This document shows, piece by piece, positions 1-14,591 of a stretch of 64,000 bases of DNA. The translations under genes and the position numbers were made by a program. Within the stretch, counting starts at the first letter, position 1, and each line of letters starts with the position of its first letter. The stretch lies in the NCBI RefSeq assembly GCF_009914755.1, contig NC_060929.1; one strand, given 5' to 3'. Under the pieces are notes generated by a model. The model saw only the letters and a list, made by a program, of their open reading frames with translations. It was not told where the DNA came from and did not search any database. Source of the DNA: the human T2T-CHM13v2.0 reference genome, Homo sapiens.

Positions 1-509
1 TACTTGCATGGCAAAATGCATGACAATAGATATTTAAGTATTTTTCTCATTTTTTTTTTAAATATGGGGTTGGAAAATACTAACATTTTAATTTATACTG
101 TTTTTCCCTTCTGCTCACTGAAAAGAATTAATGAAAATCATTCAGGAATATATTCCACAGAAAAGGTTTGCAAAAACTTGAGATATATTTTAGTAGAATT
201 TGAGTTTGTCCACATTCTTTGGCTGTTCAATTTAGTGTGTAACATATTTGAATATTCAATTATTATAGTTAATATATTTTTTCTTTTATATGAGAATTTT
301 AATGACAGAACTCTACTGATAATCCTTCTCATAGGACAGTGGCATACTATCACATCTATCAAAGAAAATGTGAAAAGTGCCTGAAATGTGCTACTGATCA
401 ACCAATAGCAGTGAAAACTCACATATGGTACACATTCCATTTGGATCACAAAAGCAAAGGTGAGTAATGTCACCATCATTCACTGAGGTGGAGTTGAATG
501 ACAGCTTAC

Positions 510-1118
510 CCTTCCTCCAGGTCCATTTTCACAGCCCAATTCATCACATACTCTGTTGGCTAAACTAACTGCTGAGATTCTTCGGGGTTGGGTACAGACA
601 ATGTTACATTTACTTGCTTCCCACTCATTTAGAAGCAAATCTTCCAATAGAAAATGTGGTACCTGAGTACTTTTACCACTCCCTGTTTCACCTGCCACAA
701 CCACTACCCGATGCCTTTTAAGAGTTTCAACAATTGAGTCCCGATGTTTAAATACAGGTAGCTGTTGTCTTTCCTTTAGAAGTTTCTGATACTTAGGTGT
801 GCTTTGCAACTTTCTAAAGAGGTTTCTAACAGGTTCCAAATCTTCCACATTTGCTGATTCCAAGGACAGTGCAGAAAAATCCTCATCCGAAACTAAATTT
901 TCCCAAGATTCCTCGGGATCTTCAGAGTTTTCTCTCTTATTTTCAGAATGCTGTTGTTGCTGCTGTTGCTGCTGTTTCAGTTTATTCAGAAGTTTGGCAA
1001 TAAAAAGATCACGTGGTTTATTGGTTTCCATTTTATTTAATTCTTCCCTTTTCTTTTCTGCATCACTCCACTCCAGCCAAACATCTCGGTAAGTGGGAGG
1101 AAGTAACTGATGAACTGA
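510..1118 (-). CDS. DHX29: DHX29 coding exon 11 (609 nt): polyQ linker and start of RecA1 with DEAH motifs I and Ia
   Basis: tttag|TCAGTTCAT ... GGAAGG|gtaagc; SVHQLLPPTY...QQQQQQQQ...GETGSGKST...TQPRRISA...GPGGR. Confidence 0.97.
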
Positions 1119-1166
1119 CTAAAGGAAAAACAGAGGTATGTTATTTTCACTAACTATTCAATATGG

Positions 1167-1367
1167 AAATTCAATAGATTAGCACTTAAAAGGATAGCTA
1201 TATTCATCTTAAAATATAATTTGACTCAAATTATTATTACTTTAATATATGTATGTGTATGATGCAAATTCAATTGATTAGCACTTGATAGCTATATTCA
1301 TCTTAAAATATAATTTGACTCAAATTATTATTACTTTAATATATGTATGTGTATGATGCAAATTCAA
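1167..1367. repeat. Tandem duplication, ~94-nt period
   Basis: 1193-1273 identical to 1287-1367 (81 nt). Confidence 0.95.
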
Positions 1368-1379
1368 AAACAGCACATC

Positions 1380-1570
1380 ATATTCAGGCTTCTTGACTGA
1401 CTAGCTGTGTAACCTTGGGCAATTCACTTAATCTCTATGTGTCTCAGCTTCTGCATTTTTAAAATGGAGCTAGTAATTGTACCTCCCTTATAGGCATATT
1501 CTGAGGTTAAGATATGTGAGGTGCTTATTCTCGGAATATGTTGAACTACTGAACAAATGTCTATTACTTA
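1380..1570 (+). mobile_element. MIR SINE
   Basis: MIR core ctagctgtgtaaccttgggcaattcacttaatctct...aaaatggag. Confidence 0.75.
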
Positions 1571-2138
1571 TTCCTGCAGTGGCACTATATAAAATGTTAA
1601 TGAACCACAAAGCAGTTCTTTTGAGATTCTGGCAGTTGTATAATGTTACAGGTTAAAGTATTTTAAATTAACTATACTGGATAGAATCTAAGTTATCTCA
1701 ATTCTGTGCTATAAAGAATCCACAATTCTCTCTCTGACATTGATAGCCATTTTTATCAAGCAAATAGTTCATAGTGCCTTATTTTGCAAAATAAGGGAAA
1801 TAAAGACATTAAGAACTTTTACTGGCAGAAATAGGAAAAGAACTACTGTCCAGAGTTCCACTTAATCAGTGTCTAAAATTTTCAATGGTTCTAATTTCCT
1901 ACGAAGAAAGAAACACATTTACTGTAAAAAGGAAACACTGACAATCCAAAATTTTAAAAAAGAGCATTATGTTCTCTTAAAGAGCTTCCTTCAGTAGCAC
2001 TTTATTTTAATCTTTCCTGAAACTGGAAGTGTATTGTTAATATAACCTAAAATTGAAAAATGGAAGCAATGTCTACATAATTTTTTTAAGTTGAGCGAGA
2101 CAATATAACATTAAAGGAAAACAAACTTAAAAAATTTT

Positions 2139-2335
2139 CAGCCTGGGAAATATAGTGAGACCCTGTCTCTATACAACTTTTTTAAAAAAAATTAGCTGGA
2201 TGTGGTGGCACATGCCTGTAGTCCCAGCTATTCGGGAGGCTGAGGCAGGAGGATCACTTGAGGCTTCAGTGAGCTATGACTCTGCCACCACACTCCAGCC
2301 TGGGCAACATAACAAGATGCTGTCTCAAAACAAAA
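2139..2335 (+). mobile_element. Alu (AluJ-like, 5' truncated)
   Basis: Alu right-arm sequence with A tail. Confidence 0.9.
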
Positions 2336-2599
2336 ATTCTCCTTAATTCAACCACACTAACAACTGTTTTTAGCATAGCTAAATTAGCATAGCTCCAAAA
2401 GTCGGATCATCATACTCTCTCTTTCAGACTTCTGGCCTAAGAGGAACGAAAGATCAAACTATGTTTAGGGTTGAAAGGAAGCCAAATTAGGAATAATGAG
2501 AAAGGATTAATCAGAAGAAACAGTCAATAAAGAGAAAATTGAACCATAATTAAATACTGCCTTCCACATACAGATATAGTTAGGCCTAAAAAGTCTTAC

Positions 2600-2723
2600 C
2601 TGCCCTTTAACTAAACGGTAAAGGGCTAAAGTAGCTCCCAGGTGCTGAGCTTGCATGCCATCTTCTGTTAAGATTGTAGGGCATACTACCAGGACATCAT
2701 CTTCAGACTTGATTACCCTAACC
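2600..2723 (-). CDS. DHX29: DHX29 coding exon 10 (124 nt)
   Basis: ttgtag|GGTTAGG ... GGGCAG|gtaaga; (R)VRVIKSEDDVLVVCPTILTEDGMQAQHLGATLALYRLVKGQ. Confidence 0.95.
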
Positions 2724-3002
2724 CTACAAAGAAGCAAACGCATTTTAAAAAAATAAAGTTGACAAAGTCAGATAAAAAAAACTCAGAATTCCATTAACAT
2801 TAAACTCAAGTTTGTTAATTATTTAAATATTTCCATGGAAGGCATTATTAGATAATGATAATCTATCAGACAATAAACCTGAGATGTAGAATTGAGAGCT
2901 TCCTAAATGTCTGCTTACCTCACAGGGAACAAAAAGATTTCCACCTTAAATTTTTCTAAAGTTCATTCAGTTAATTAAAAACAACAACAACAAAAAACAT
3001 AC

Positions 3003-3168
3003 CTACATTTCCAGTATCTACCTACTGGAACTTTTTCAAAGGAAGGATTTGGACTCTTGGGAAGATTCTTCCTGACCCAATCAATCAGAAATTGTTTGGG
3101 AGATTTTCCAGTCCAACTTCGAGCAGTATAGTCAAAATTTCTTACATCATGAGGTTCTTTCTTTTTAT
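3003..3168 (-). CDS. DHX29: DHX29 coding exon 9 (166 nt)
   Basis: ttttag|ATAAAAAG ... TGTAG|gtatgt; DKKKEPHDVRNFDYTARSWTGKSPKQFLIDWVRK...RYWKC. Confidence 0.95.
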
Positions 3169-3279
3169 CTAAAATGGTAAACAAAGATTGGTTCTTTAAA
3201 AATGGTCAAGCATTCTCTTTTCAGTGATCAAAGTCCTCTCTTGCTTTGGAGAACAGCACTTTTAGAAGATAATACTTGA

Positions 3280-3617
<338 letters not shown>

Positions 3618-4009
3618 CTATGTGACATAAGGAAATCCTCTTAATGGATAGAACCCGGGAAAATTCTCAATCTTTAAAAATAATTATCTTGAGGAACTTA
3701 TGTATTCTTGTAAAATATGACACTATGCATGTGATGAACTTAGGATACTACAAATTGCAACATTTGGAAGGCTACTCTGTAGTTAAACCATTAAGAAAAT
3801 AGAAATCAGATGTCATTTCTAGGTTTATCAGCTGTCTGCCACCGGCACCAGCACTACCCTCAACAGCTTCCTGTTACAGATAAAGTCCAAATTCCTTACT
3901 ATTCTTTGCCTATTTGTTGCCACTCTTCCCTCTTGCTTATTATGCTATAACCACAATGGCCATCAGTCAATTCTTCAATGCTCTAAGTATGCCTGTCTCA
4001 GAACAGCAG

Positions 4010-4156
4010 ACATAGCCACATGTGGTTAAATGTAAATTATTCAGTTTCTTAGTTACATTTCAAATGCTTCTTACTCATATTTGGCTAGCAGCTATGACAC
4101 TGGATAGTACAGATATAGAACATTTCCATCATTGAAAATTCTGTTGAATAGTGCTG
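4010..4156. mobile_element. MER3-like hAT-Charlie DNA transposon fragment
   Basis: ggctagcagcta...tggatagtacagatatagaacatttccatcattgaaaattctgttgaatagtgctg resembles MER3. Confidence 0.6.
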
Positions 4157-4466
4157 CTTTCTTTTTTACCTTAGATATTCCAATGTACCCTCTCCTTCTT
4201 GGAAGGACTGTTCCACCAACTTGTCACCAGGCTAACACCTAAACATCTGTCAAATCTCAGAGTAAATGTCATTACAGCAAGGTCTTCCCAATCCAAATTA
4301 GACCCCTTTGTTATCTATATTAGAAGCTACTTCCTTTGATAGTACACATCATAATTTGTAATTACGTATTGTATATATTTGAAGCTTACCTTTTCTACTG
4401 TACACTTGGAAAAGGCAGAGACTAGGTTATTTTGTTCATTACTGAACACACAATAAATACTACTGA

Positions 4467-4797
<331 letters not shown>

Positions 4798-4933
4798 TTA
4801 AAAAACTGACAATTTAGTGTGGGACTAAACTAACTATAATGCAATCTGATAAATACTATACTTGCTATATCAATAATTAACTCAGAATTTTTTTTTAAAA
4901 AAACAATTAACTAAAAAACTTCTACAGTTTTTA

Positions 4934-5631
<698 letters not shown>

Positions 5632-6576
5632 CTATGCTTGATGGTCTTCTAAAACCTATAATGCAATGTGATAAATACTATATGTTATACTATTTACTAT
5701 TAGTAAATAGTATACTATTAAACTATAGTACATAATACTATACTATTTACTATATACTATTATTTTAAAAAAATAACTAAAACACTTCCATAGTTTTTAG
5801 AAGACCATTCAGTCTGGTCTTCTAAAAACTATAATGCAAATTATAGTATTATGATTAACACTAAAATATTATTTGATCCTATAGTGAATGGTCTTCTCAA
5901 AACTAAAATGCAATCTGATAAATACTGTACTTGCTATATCAATAATTAACTCAAAAATTTTTTAAAAAAATAATTAACTTGGGAGCACAAAGAAGTACAT
6001 GATTACTTGTCTGGTGGTATGGAAGGAGTTAGGGAGGGCTTAGGGAAGAGGAGCTGTTTGCATTAAGCCTTGAGCTGGGAACAGGTTGGCCAAGTAGGGG
6101 GTAGCAAGATGAGCGAAGTAATGAAACCATAAAACAGCCAACGTTTTCAAGAGTAAGGTGGCTGGAGTAATAAGCCAATGAAATAAGGTAGAAAGGTAGA
6201 TTGTGGCAGAATGCAAAAGATCCAGAATGCCATGCTAAAAGATTTGGACTTGTTACTGATGTCAGTAGGCTCACAGCCATTAAAGGTGGCAGGAAACTCA
6301 CATTTAGATCTGTATTATAGAAAGATAACTCTGGCAGCAGTCTGGAGATGAATCAGAGAGAGATGAGACTGAGGCAAGATATTTATTTGTAATTACAAAA
6401 TGCTGTACATGTGTAATCATAATTGTTAATACTTTTTCAAGACAGCTTATAAAGTGTAACTTCACTGCCATCTTACGTACTTTGCCAGAATGCAAAGTAA
6501 CGAATTTTACCATTATATATTTCTTGACATTTTATTATTTACAAATTACACCCTGACCATCTTCCCTTAATTTTAC

Positions 6577-6735
6577 CTTTCTCTTCTTCAGTAGCAGCTG
6601 CAGATTTTTCAAATAAATTAAAATTCAATGCACTTTCTCCTTCTGTGGCTACAGGAGGCTTTTTCCTTTCATTTTGTTGATGTGAAATCTTCATGGCTGG
6701 GTTAAATACTGGATGGTCTTCTAAAGTTTCCATTT
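6577..6735 (-). CDS. DHX29: DHX29 coding exon 8 (159 nt)
   Basis: ggtag|AAATGGAA ... GAGAAAG|gtaaaa; EMETLEDHPVFNPAMK...AATEEEK. Confidence 0.95.
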
Positions 6736-7106
6736 CTACCAAGAAAAAAATATAATGTTTAGTTTCATGGTTTTAAAAAAATTGTTATTTTTTATTTATT
6801 TACTTTTTTGGTATTTATACACCAAGAGTTTCATGGTTTTCATGCCTTATTTTTTAAAATGATTAAAAAAAACTGCATTCCTTCTTTTTCCTTGTAGCCA
6901 ATTATTTAATAATTCCTGTTAGGAATCTGTGCAGGAATCAGAGGCAATTTATTAATTTTCACAACATATACAAAAATTTTAAAATAAATTATTTAATAGG
7001 TGCAATAAGCCTGGAAAAACAAACATCTTCATTAAAATAAATACTCATGGAATTGTATTCACCTTTCTCTCTTGAATGACCACGATATTTTATGGTATAA
7101 AAATCA

Positions 7107-7409
7107 TAGGTTGGCAAACTATGTCTTGTAGGCCAAATCAAGTCCACTGGCTGTTTCTGTATGGCTTGCAAGCTAGAATGGTATTTACATTTTCAAGTAG
7201 TTATAAGAACATTTGGTGACATGATACAATTATCTGAAATTTACAGTATCCATAAATAAAGTCTGATTAGAACATAGCCATTCATTTTTGTATGGTCTAT
7301 GGCTGCTTTTGTGCTGTAACAGCAAATTTGAATAGTTGTAACAGAGGCTGTATGGCCCATGAAGTCCACAGTATTTACTACTTATTATTTTAAAAGTTTG
7401 CTAATCCCA
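7107..7409. mobile_element. MER58-like hAT DNA transposon
   Basis: Termini aggttggcaaact ... aaagtttgctaatccc with MER58-type body. Confidence 0.7.
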
Positions 7410-7524
7410 TGTATAAACTGTTAGAAAAGGGTAGACATATTAAAAGGAAGCATCATCCATCCCAGGAAGGCCAACAAATAGAAGACAATTACATTTATAC
7501 ATCTAAGTATTTGAAAGTGTTTAC

Positions 7525-7651
7525 CTCTTTGAAATTTCCTTATTTTTTCCTGAGCCTCTTTTTGGCCTTGCTTGTTTTTTTCTAGTTTAAAGGTAGCTGC
7601 TTGTTCTTTTGCATCCAGCAGTTTTGCTGCAAGATGTAAGTACCTTTCATT
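7525..7651 (-). CDS. DHX29: DHX29 coding exon 7 (127 nt)
   Basis: aacag|AATGAAAGG ... CAAAGAG|gtaaac; NERYLHLAAKLLDAKEQ...KIRKFQR. Confidence 0.95.
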
Positions 7652-8026
7652 CTGTTCCAAATAAAACAATGAGGAGGGGGAAAAAAAAAGAAGAGCAAGA
7701 TTAGTTTATCTATGGTCAATAAACTGTATCAAAATCTGTGATATTTTTACCTTATCCTTTGATCCAGCAAATCTACTTTTAGGAATTTTTCATAGAGAAA
7801 TAAAACAAATGCACAGATTTGCAGGTGCATAGATGTTTGGTGAGGCACTGACTGTAAAAGAAAAACTGGAAATCATATATGACACATCTCTACAGAGAAG
7901 ACTATTCAGTCATTAGAAAATAAAATAAGGTTAGCAAAAGAAAGAGGGTGACCCACATGGAGAAACTTCCTTGACATGTTAGTAAACCAAAGCAAACTGC
8001 AGAATAAAAAGTAGAGCTCATTTCTA

Positions 8027-8335
<309 letters not shown>

Positions 8336-8819
8336 TCATAAGTATGTGTATTTAAAGGATTATTCATGCAGTAATAATAATACTCATCTGAAAGTTAACT
8401 TCACATATCTCTTATCTTATGGAAGACAGGAAAAAAATGGCTTTTGAGGAAAACGGATGTCATAACCCTCAAGGACATGACTTGACTCCTGAGCAAAAAC
8501 TAGGAAGAGTTTAAAGTTAAACTCAAATTACTGTTTTTCTCCCCCTTAGGTTAATAAGTGACAGCAGATTAGAAGCATAAAACTATGGACTGCAGAAGGA
8601 AACACAACTGTTAAAAGAAGGAAAAAGAGACAATTAAGCAAGCATATCTAGCCGAATTTTGGTACCATTTTGTGTAAAGACAAATATCAATACAGTGTAA
8701 CAGACAGGAGGGTTAGCTACCACCTCAAATTCACCCAAATAATACTTATCCTTTCCATCTTTCCTGTACTTGGCAATGATACCACCATCCCTCCACTTAT
8801 GCACCTCTTGCCATCTTTG

Positions 8820-9630
8820 GCACATTTTTCCCCCATAAAATTTGTCATCTTAACCATTTTTAAGTGTACAGTTCAGTGGTATTAAATACATTCATAATGT
8901 TGTACAACCAGCACCACCATCCATTTCCAGAACGCTTTTTATCTGGCAAACATGAAACTCTATTCCCATTAAGCATAACTACCCATTCTCCCATCCCCCA
9001 CTAGCCCCTGGCAACCACCATTCTACTTTGTCTCTATGAATTTGACTTAGGAACCTCATATAAGTGAAATCATATGGTATCTGTCTTTTTGTGATTGGCA
9101 TATTTCACTTAGCATAATGTCGGTCGAGGTCCATCCGTGTTGTAGCATGTACCAGAACTTCCTTCTTTTTTAAGGCTGAATACTATTCAGTTTGATGTGC
9201 ATGCCACATTTTACCTATTCATTCATCTTATTGGTAGGTACTGGATTGCTTCCACGTTTTAGCTATTGTGAATAATGCTGCTATGAACACAGTGTACAAA
9301 TATCTCCTCCAAGACTCTGCTTTCAATTCTTTTGAGTATATACCCAGAAATGGAATTACTGGATCATATGGTAATTCAATTTTTAATTTTTTGAGGAACT
9401 ACCAAACTGTTTTCCACAGTGGCTGCACCATTTTACATTCCCACCAACAGTACACAGGGTTCCAATTTCTCTACATCCCTGTCAACATTTATTATTTCCA
9501 GTTTTTTTTGACAGCTGACATCCTAACGGGTGTGAAATGGTATGCCATTGTGGTTTTGATTTGCATTTCCCTAATGATTAGTAATGTTGAGCATTTCTTC
9601 ATACACTTACTGGTGATTTGTGTATCTTCT
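8820..9630 (-). mobile_element. L1MB-type LINE 3' end
   Basis: Antisense L1M 3'UTR/ORF2 end; ORF 9492-9761 includes [18 protein letters not shown] (L1 ORF2 C-terminus). Confidence 0.85.
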
Positions 9631-10469
9631 CTGAAGAAATCTTCCTTAGCCTTTATATTCCGTAAATCACCAATTTCTACTGATTCTTGCTTTACAAATG
9701 TCTCTCTTCCTTTCCAATTACCGATATGAACCTTTATTATCTCACACCTGAGCAAGTGCAATAGCTACCATAATGGCCTCCCTACCCTTTCCAAATTGCT
9801 CTAAACATCACTCAATATTCCAAACCACCTCGAATGCTACTAAGCTTGACCTAAAAATTCTTGTCAGTTACCTGCCCCTAAATCTGTAGTGGCTCTTTAC
9901 TGTCAAGGAAAAGTGTCAAAATCACCTTCTGGACATCAAAATCTTCCAGTCTCAGGTGAACTCACCTGTTTACTCCTATCTACCAGTACTCATCTATACA
10001 TCTTATCTCTATATATGCTCATCCATTTTTTACTACTGAAAGACTCCTTGTACAATTCCACAGCTGTACCCTTGTTCACACTATTTCACACATGTGGACC
10101 ATCTTCCCATCTTTCTTTGCCTGTCTGAACTCTGTGCATCCTTTAGGTCCCATCTCTTTGAAGTCTTGACTTAATGCTCCAATCAGAAGAGACCTCTTCT
10201 TTCTCCAAATCTCAAAGTAGACTTATACTGCCCTAAATATTTTACTTATATTAGTTTAATACAGAAACATGGTTTAAAAAAACTTGGATATACAGAAGAA
10301 TATAAAAAAGAATTCTCCATCCCACCCTACCACCCTGGTCCTAATCACCAGTAACAGCTTCTTGTGTCTCTTTCCAGATGTTTTCTTTGCTTATGTAAAA
10401 AAGCAAATACGTAGCTATATATATTCTTTTACACAAATGAATTCATCAGATTACACATGCTGTTCTACA

Positions 10470-10940
10470 ACTTCTACCATTTGCTTGTTGACAGACATAT
10501 GGGCTGTTTGCAGTGTTTGCCTAATATAAATAAAGCTGCTATGAACATTTGTGTACAAGTCTTTGTGAACAAATGTTTTAATTTTTCTTAATACCTAGAA
10601 ATAAAATTGTTGGGTCACATGACAAGTATTTGTTTAACTTTTATGAGAAAGGACCAGTTTTCCTAAGTGGCTGTACCATTTTACATTTCCATTAGCTTTA
10701 CACTCCCATTAGCAATATGAGTATTCCAGTTGTTCCACATTCCTCCCAACATTTAGTATTACTGATCCTTTTAGTTTTAGCCATTCTGATGGATATATAG
10801 TGTATCTCATTTAAGTTTTCATTTTCATTTCTCTAATTTAATCTACTTTTGTGAGGTGTCTATTTTTAAAGGTTCTTTATATAATTATGTATAGAAGTCC
10901 TTTGTCAGATATATGTATTACAGTATTTCCCATACCTTGC
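10470..10940 (-). mobile_element. L1M fragment
   Basis: gctgctatgaacatttgtgtacaagtcttt...ggctgtaccattttacattccc-type L1M sequence. Confidence 0.7.
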
Positions 10941-11323
10941 TTTTTTGACTTAGTATATTTTCTGCCTTATATTTCTATCTTACCATATGATGTCTATGTT
11001 TTTCTCTCTAGACCGTGAACTTCTGTAAAGGAACGTGCCTTATCTTTTTTTATTACCTAAAGAATTTAGCATACTCCTTACTCATAAAAATCATTTTAAA
11101 ATATTTGATGATTATCTCTTTAAATATGAGAAATGTTAATTAACATCTTTTGAGCAGTTAACTTTCTGCTAAGTTTTTGCCTAAGTGTTATTTTATTTAA
11201 TCTTCACATCAACCCCTTGGAGGTACATTTCCAATTTACAAATGAGCAAACTAAGGCTCAGAAAAGGAAATATATCTTGCTTAAGAGCATCCAGTTAGAA
11301 GCCTAACACAAATTTCTACTCAC

Positions 11324-11452
11324 AGGGTCAAATTTTTCCTCCTCTTCTAAACTTTTAGAATTCTCATTCTTTTCTTCTTCATTTTGTTGTTCAGCATATC
11401 GTAAAATCCACTCTTTCATATTTACTTCCATATTTTTTTCTTCCTTTTTTGG
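11324..11452 (-). CDS. DHX29: DHX29 coding exon 6 (129 nt)
   Basis: ttctag|CCAAAAAAG ... GACCCT|gtgagt; PKKEEKNMEVNMKEWILRYAEQQNEEEK...KFDP; frame joins exons 5 and 7. Confidence 0.94.
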
Positions 11453-11699
11453 CTAGAAAGAGAAAACAAATATCTGAAAAACCAAAGTTAGAAAAAGGTG
11501 TCAAAACTATCTTGTCACTGCTTTTACAATTTCCTCACACTCAAAAGCAGCAGACATATAAGCTGTTATTCCTTATTGCTCAGTGAAGGACAAATAAATT
11601 GACCTTAACATTAAGAAATTTACAATTGCAAAATCCAAAGAATATGTTTACATAAAGCGGTAAAAAAGAATGAAAGGAGAACTGTTAAAAACTAGTGTT

Positions 11700-12001
11700 G
11701 GCTGGGTGCGGTGGCTCACGCTTGTAATCCCAGCACTTCGGGAGGCCAAAGCGGGCGGATCACAAGGTCAGGAGATAGAGACTATCCTGGCTAACACGGT
11801 GAAACCCCATCTCTACTAAAAATACAAAAAAATTAGCCATGCGTGGTGGAGGGTGCCTGTAGTCCCAGCTACTCGGGAGGCTGAGGCAGGAGAATGGCGT
11901 GAAGCCAGGAGGCGGAGCTTGCAGTGAGCCGAGTGAGTGCAGTGCCATTCACTCCAGCCTGGGCAACAGAGCAAGACTCTGTCTCAAAAAAACAACAACA
12001 A
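11700..12001 (+). mobile_element. Alu (AluY-like)
   Basis: Full-length, TSD aaaaactagtgtt. Confidence 0.92.
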
Positions 12002-12084
12002 AAAAACTAGTGTTATTCCTTAAAAACAGTGGTTTTATGAGGATTATTTTTTCGTAGACGTTTTACAATATGCAGAGTATTTAA

Positions 12085-12540
12085 GTGTAATGCCCTAATG
12101 AATTACAGTCCCATTATTCACACTCATCTGTAATTTTCTTCCACAGACTCTGGGCTTGGTCATGTGACTTACTTCAGTCAATGGGACATTAGCAAGAATA
12201 ATAAAGCAGGAGTTTGATAAGAATTTGTACATTTTGGCTTATCATCTTAAAATATTCTTGGAAGCCAGATGCAATAAGAAGTCCAGCCACCCTAAGACCA
12301 CTATATGTGAGGAAACCCAAGCTAGTCATGTGGAAAAAACATGTAAACAGAGGGATGCCTGGCTAGTCTCCAGCTTAGTCATGGGAGTGAAGAAGCCACT
12401 TTGGATGTTCCAGCCTTGGAAGATACTTCCTGGAACCGAAGAAACACCTTGCTGAGCCCAGCACAGACTGCAGAATCATGAGAAATAATAGTTGGTTTAA
12501 GCCACTACATTTTGGAGTGGTTTGTTATATAACTAAAACA
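12085..12540 (+). mobile_element. MLT1 (ERVL-MaLR) solo LTR, old subfamily
   Basis: ttggtcatgtgact...cagactgcagaatcatgagaaataa...tttaagccactacattttggagtggtttgttat. Confidence 0.7.
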
Positions 12541-12685
12541 AGCAATGATAGAAAAGTCTAGCAAACCAATTAGTTATTTGTAAGAAGTAAAAATGTTATA
12601 GAAACCTAATATTTATACTCTTTGAACTGTTACATGTGCTCCATTCTGATTTTATACAACTTTAAATGCTTAATTCTCAAATTAC

Positions 12686-12831
12686 CTTACTCTTAGGGTC
12701 CTCTTCATATGTTTTTGTTTTAGGTTGCAATGGAGGTGAAATAGTGGCTTGTATTTGAGGAGACTGAAATTTAGGCCTACTTTTAGGTTGCTGCTCTTCA
12801 AATTCCTGACTGAATCCTTCAGGAAGTGCAT
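12686..12831 (-). CDS. DHX29: DHX29 coding exon 5 (146 nt)
   Basis: ttttaag|ATGCACTT ... AGTAAG|gtaatt; DALPEGFSQEFEEQQPKSRPKFQSPQ...EEDPKSK. Confidence 0.94.
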
Positions 12832-13526
12832 CTTAAAATAAAAGAAACTATGCTGAAAATAAACAGGCATATGATACATAAAACACACAAATATTTGTTA
12901 AGCATTTGTAAACCTTGCCTAGACTTAGAGCACCTAATTTTCTTCTATTCCCTCATCTCCTAAGAATAGAAATCTTAAGATGAACCTGGTTTTATCCGTC
13001 AACCTAGAAGTGAACGTACTCATCAGATGATAGCTAGCCCTCTTGTATTTGGCCATTATTTCACCCTCAATGTTAGGCTCCTAAATTGTCATAAGATCTT
13101 AATCCTTCCCACTCTTTGGCTTTCTGTCACAGCATGTGGTAGTATCCTTAGTCACCACAAGCCATTTGCACTCCAGATTCTTGCCAAAGATTACAATCAT
13201 GATCCTCTGCTTAATAAAATACTATATATTCAAGGACAGTCCTAATTTCTAAATGAAAAGCCAGGAGACATAGCTTACTGAGAGGCAAACCTTGTATTAA
13301 GGACATAGCAAAATAACAATCAACAACTGAACACAAAACATAATATTTTCTTGCATAGGCCACAATCTCTAAGGAAAATATCCTGAAAAGAACAGAAGGT
13401 AAGAACACTTTAAAAGTAAATAATTATGACAGTGAAAAAATATGAGTATGAGCCAAAAGGTTGATACAAATACCAAAACTACTTCAAAAGGTTTAGAAAC
13501 TGAAAGAATTTAATGATATTGTTTAC

Positions 13527-13656
13527 CATCTGAAAGGTTTAAACAGAGCCAATCCAAGGCAGAATGAAGGTCACCTCCATATAAGAGTGTATTGGTCATG
13601 GCATCTTCAATGTCCTTTGTCTTAAATGAAAATGCTTGTAAAGCCATGTATAAATC
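13527..13656 (-). CDS. DHX29: DHX29 coding exon 4 (130 nt), UBA-like segment
   Basis: catag|GATTTATAC ... TCAGATG|gtaaac; DLYMALQAFSFKTKDIEDAMTNTLLYGGDLHSALDWLCLNLSD. Confidence 0.94.
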
Positions 13657-14177
13657 CTATGACAAGCAAATATAAAAAAAGTCACATTTGTCAAAGTTCC
13701 CTTCCTGTGTTACTAATTATCCCATTCATTTTAAACCAGAAACTTTGACACAAATTATAATTTCAAAACTATCTTTTTTTTCCCAGTTAAAAATGAAATG
13801 TGTTTACTGAATTAAGAATTTGGAAACCAGAGATCTTTAAAAAAGAGAACCAGGAGAAATTATCCATATTCTCACTATCCAAAGATACTAAATGTAGTAC
13901 ATTTTTTTCAGTCATTTTTCCATAATTTTGTAAAAAGAGATTTCACTTAACATTATAACATAAGCACCTTCCCAAGTTAGTAGAAACTCTGCACCATCAC
14001 TTTGAATAGTTACATAATATTCCACTGGGTGGACATATCCTGATTTAATTTTATATTTTTCTATGGCTGAACACTTAGGACATATTTTTTTTTTATTACA
14101 AGCTGTGCTTCAGTGAACATCTTTATAGATAAAGATAAAGCATTTTAACATACTTTCTAAAGCATAATCATTATGGT

Positions 14178-14372
14178 TAGGCAGAGCTGGGTTCAAATCC
14201 AGACCCTGTTTACTAGTAACCTTAGGGTATAATTTATGGCATCTTTGCAAGCCTCAATTCTTTCACTTGAAAAAATGGGGCCAAATACATTTACTTCATA
14301 GGACTGTTGTGTCAGAGAAAATGTAAACAAAGTGCCCAGCACAGAATCTAACATAGTAGGTGCTCAATAATA
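14178..14372 (+). mobile_element. MIR SINE
   Basis: ctgggttcaaatccag...aaaatgggg...catagtaggtgctcaataa. Confidence 0.7.
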
Positions 14373-14591
14373 TAATTCTGGGGATATACCTTAATTTTCA
14401 TATCACCATTTTAATGTGTGCACTTGTACCTTCTTGATTTAAGGTGTGCACAATTCTTTCTCTATTCTTAGAGATGGAAATGATCTACATAAAATCTCAA
14501 TGGAAGTTGTAAAGCCATTTTTATCTCACATGAGGAGCTGTCTAAAAATGCTTCACTAAAACTAAGGAACTTTAAAAAGTTTGCAAAATAC

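Noticed and set aside
799-1092. Plus-strand ORF with a C9 run
   Set aside because: Antisense shadow of the DHX29 polyQ codons
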